Source of the DNA: Lama guanicoe
Taxonomy: Eukaryota
DNA length: 64,000 nucleotides
Direction of reading: 5' to 3'
Assembly: GCA_013239625.1 (NCBI GenBank)
Contig: MU054391.1
Coordinates: forward strand, 2,633,130 to 2,697,129
Part shown: positions 61,290 to 64,000 of the stretch, piece after piece
Layout of the letters: every line of letters starts with the position of its first letter
Position numbering within the stretch: the first letter of the stretch is position 1
Made by a program: the position numbers and the translations under genes
The notes under the pieces: model-generated
What the model saw: only the letters and a program-made list of their open reading frames with translations
The model's database searches: none
Told to the model about the DNA's origin: nothing

Positions 61290-64000
61290 CAATGTTTAAT
61301 ATGTTGAGTGTTTAAAATATTTATAAAATTCTTATTTATACACATAATCTCCCAAACATCCTGTCCTCCCCCACACCCCACATTCCCTAACCCTCTTTTC
61401 TCCTTTGTTTCCTTCCATAGAATTAATTATATTTAACATGGATGCACAGCCTCTTTAAGTCACTTTGTTGTTTTTCTCTCTCTGCCCTGGAACGTGACCA
61501 TCACGAGGGCAGGGATTTTCATCAGTTTTGTGCACTGTTGTATTTCTGGAGCCTTGAATTGCACATGGATTCTGTGGATCCTGAAGAGACATCTGTCAGG
61601 TGGAAGAACACACAGGCTTTGGGAGCATCCATGCAGTGGAGTTTTCCGCGGCCACAGGGAGGATCAGGTTCACCAAGTGATCTGTGCTGACCTCACCTGT
61701 CCTTCACGGAATCTGATGCAATGGGAGTTTATGGGAACAGATATCTCAGCGCCAGGCAGGCAGGGGAAGAGCTGCAGTTCAGGATCTCTGTGATGCTGGG
61801 AGTAGAAACGGTGCCCCAGACTCTGGGGACCGCTGACAGCTTCAGTGCCACTCCCTGACACGGCCAAGGCAAGCCCAGCTGGGGCCGTGCTTGGCTTCCC
61901 CTGAGCCGAGTCCATGTCGGGGCGCCGTGTGCTGATCCGGGATCAGCGCTTCACCAGGTGCCCGTGGCTGGTCCAGTGTCAGAGAGCGCTTCCTTCAGCC
62001 CTGCAGCTGCGGTCACGGAGCTGGGTGTGTAAACAGCTTGTAAGGGCAGCACCTGCTTTGACTGTTGTGAGATTTTCCTGCGTGTCTGTGTTTTAAAAAG
62101 AACCTGTGAACACACAAAATTTCCTGAAGGGGCAGCTGAGTCGTAGGAAACAAAAATCCCTTCCACTTCTACAGAGGACTCGCATGGTTTTGGGGGCAGA
62201 ATTTTTTCCTTCTTGTAATATCCTGGACGCCGGTTTTTCCAGTGGGCGTGTAGGATTAAGCCGAGCACTGTCTGTGAGGATATTGTGTCTTTGTAACACA
62301 ATTCCAAGTGACACCCATTTGCTACAGGGGCATATAAAACAGGTGTCTGTCTCTCCCCATCGCAGGTAAACACACATCCAGTTCTTGCTAAATGATCGCT
62401 TTTCTAAGAAGCAGCTCTCAAATCAGACACGATAGGACCTCGATCACAGACACTCTCAGTGTTAAACAGCTGGTCTTCCGCTGTTGCTGTCCTGGCGCCA
62501 ACGAGCTGTCAGGGCAGAGAGTGACTGAACGCTGGCCAAGGCTCCCTGGATCGGAGAGAAGAGGAGACACATGGGGTGCTGGCAGCCGGCCAGCCCTGAT
62601 ATTCACTTTCTCATCAAAAGAGAGACTGTTTGAGTCATAAACGTGCTCCTGATGCAACTAACCTGGGGCCTTCAGGGCGCAGCGAGTTTCTCCTCCACTT
62701 CATCTCCAACATTTGCTGCAGAAAAGAACCCCCAACAGGGTGATCAGCTTCTTCTGTACGATTACAGAAGCGTGACGTCTGGCCCGTCCACAAGTATCAA
62801 TACGTCCTTGACCTTGATGGAAGATGAAAGTCAATGAGTTAACCACAGCGCGGCCGGCAGGGGCTCAGGGAGACGTGAGGAAGCCCGTCCCTTGGCAGAC
62901 ACAGAAGGAGAGCCTGAGGCAGGAATGTTTCCAGGAAAAAGCCAAAGAGATGATAGCAGCAAAGTTTAAAAAATAAATTATACTCAGTGACTTTCAAATA
63001 ATTAAATATATATTTTTCTTAGACTCTATTTCAAAGAAAGTATGCATCAAATCACGAATGTACAGGATAGGGGAGAATAAAATTACAAAGAACCGACTCT
63101 CTCTTTTTTCTTGTTTTATTCTTGATTGACCTCCAGTGGGGACTACCCCAGACTCTTAAATTTCGGTTGGAAAGACCCAGCCTCTTTCCCTCACCAGACA
63201 CTTACAGAAAGAACAACATGAACATTCTCTAATGTTCTAGCCTGGACAGTGACCATGGTCTTCCTTCTTTTGCTTTATTTGCCTTGTTTTTACGTAAAGA
63301 AGAAACTCTCCAAGAGAGAAATAGCGCGGGGGCAGGAGAGGCTCCAGGAGGATGCCAGCAGGAAAGGGAGAGCAGGATGGGGTCACGCCTCTGTCAGAGG
63401 TCAGGGGTGACGTTCTGGTACTTTTGGGGGGTTGTGAAGGTCAAGGCCCAGGAGTGTCTGAGTCCAGACCCGCCCCCGCCGCCGGTGCTCTCTGAGCGAC
63501 GCTGAGCCGCGAGAGCCCCCTCCCCCAGTGCTGGAGCGGAGAGCTCGGCTTGGACCCAAAGTCACAGGAGAGCATGCCGGCTCCTCTGGCCACAAACCTG
63601 AGAACAAGAGAGCCGAAGCCCTCCACGCCTCTTAGCAGCCCGTGTGCAGGAAGGAGCAGAAAATGAGACGAGCTGGTACCCAACTCCCCACGCACGACGC
63701 TCAGCTCCCATCACGTGCGCACTGAGCTGGAGCGCAAAGGACGCCGTGAGGCTGGAGCGGACTGAGCACGGGGAGATGAGCCCAGAAAGGCAGAGGGCTG
63801 GGGACCGCGAGCTCCTGTGCTTCCCTGTGAGGGAGACGGGAGCCACAGGAGGAAGGGGTGCGGCAGAGGCTGGTGTGGTTTCCCAAGGGTCAGGAGTGAG
63901 CTTCCCGCTCGGGGCTGTTCCCACCGCGCCGCGGAGAGCCAGCGGCGGCTTCGGTCCTGAGCGCTATTTCCATATTTCCAGCTCGCCTGCAGCCACGCTG

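Noticed and set aside
1..64000. Prokaryotic-type systems (CRISPR arrays, operons, rRNA) or an intact ERV or transposase
   Set aside because: The sequence is mammalian. I saw no repeat-spacer arrays, rRNA, or gag/pol/env or transposase ORFs.

Overview
Mammalian genomic DNA, most likely from a camelid (alpaca, llama or camel). This rests on two tRNA-derived SINEs with the 'cctaattacc..cccccc' tail I associate with the camelid Vic-1 family, and on cetartiodactyl-type L1 3' ends and ERV1 LTRs. I cannot support any intact protein-coding gene. The only ORFs with recognisable homology are degenerate L1 remnants, and the long ORFs are GC-rich multi-frame artefacts. The window looks intergenic or lncRNA-like. 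It holds a strong CpG-island promoter (~5.1-6.4 kb) followed by well-formed + strand splice signals, a U6 snRNA retropseudogene, and many repeats (L1, L2, MIR, MER41-like and other ERV1 LTRs, MLT1 LTRs, hAT MITEs, microsatellites). The most notable observations are four: a ~1 kb patch where unrelated repeats are shifted AT->GC (a gBGC or recombination-hotspot fossil); a MER41-like LTR with a GAS motif that has captured an internal L1 5'UTR/ORF1 fragment; a polyadenylated retrocopy ending in MER41-like R sequence; and a ~370 bp imperfect AT-rich palindrome. Repeat subfamily names come from my recollection of consensus sequences, not from a database search. I found no convincing novel biological system.
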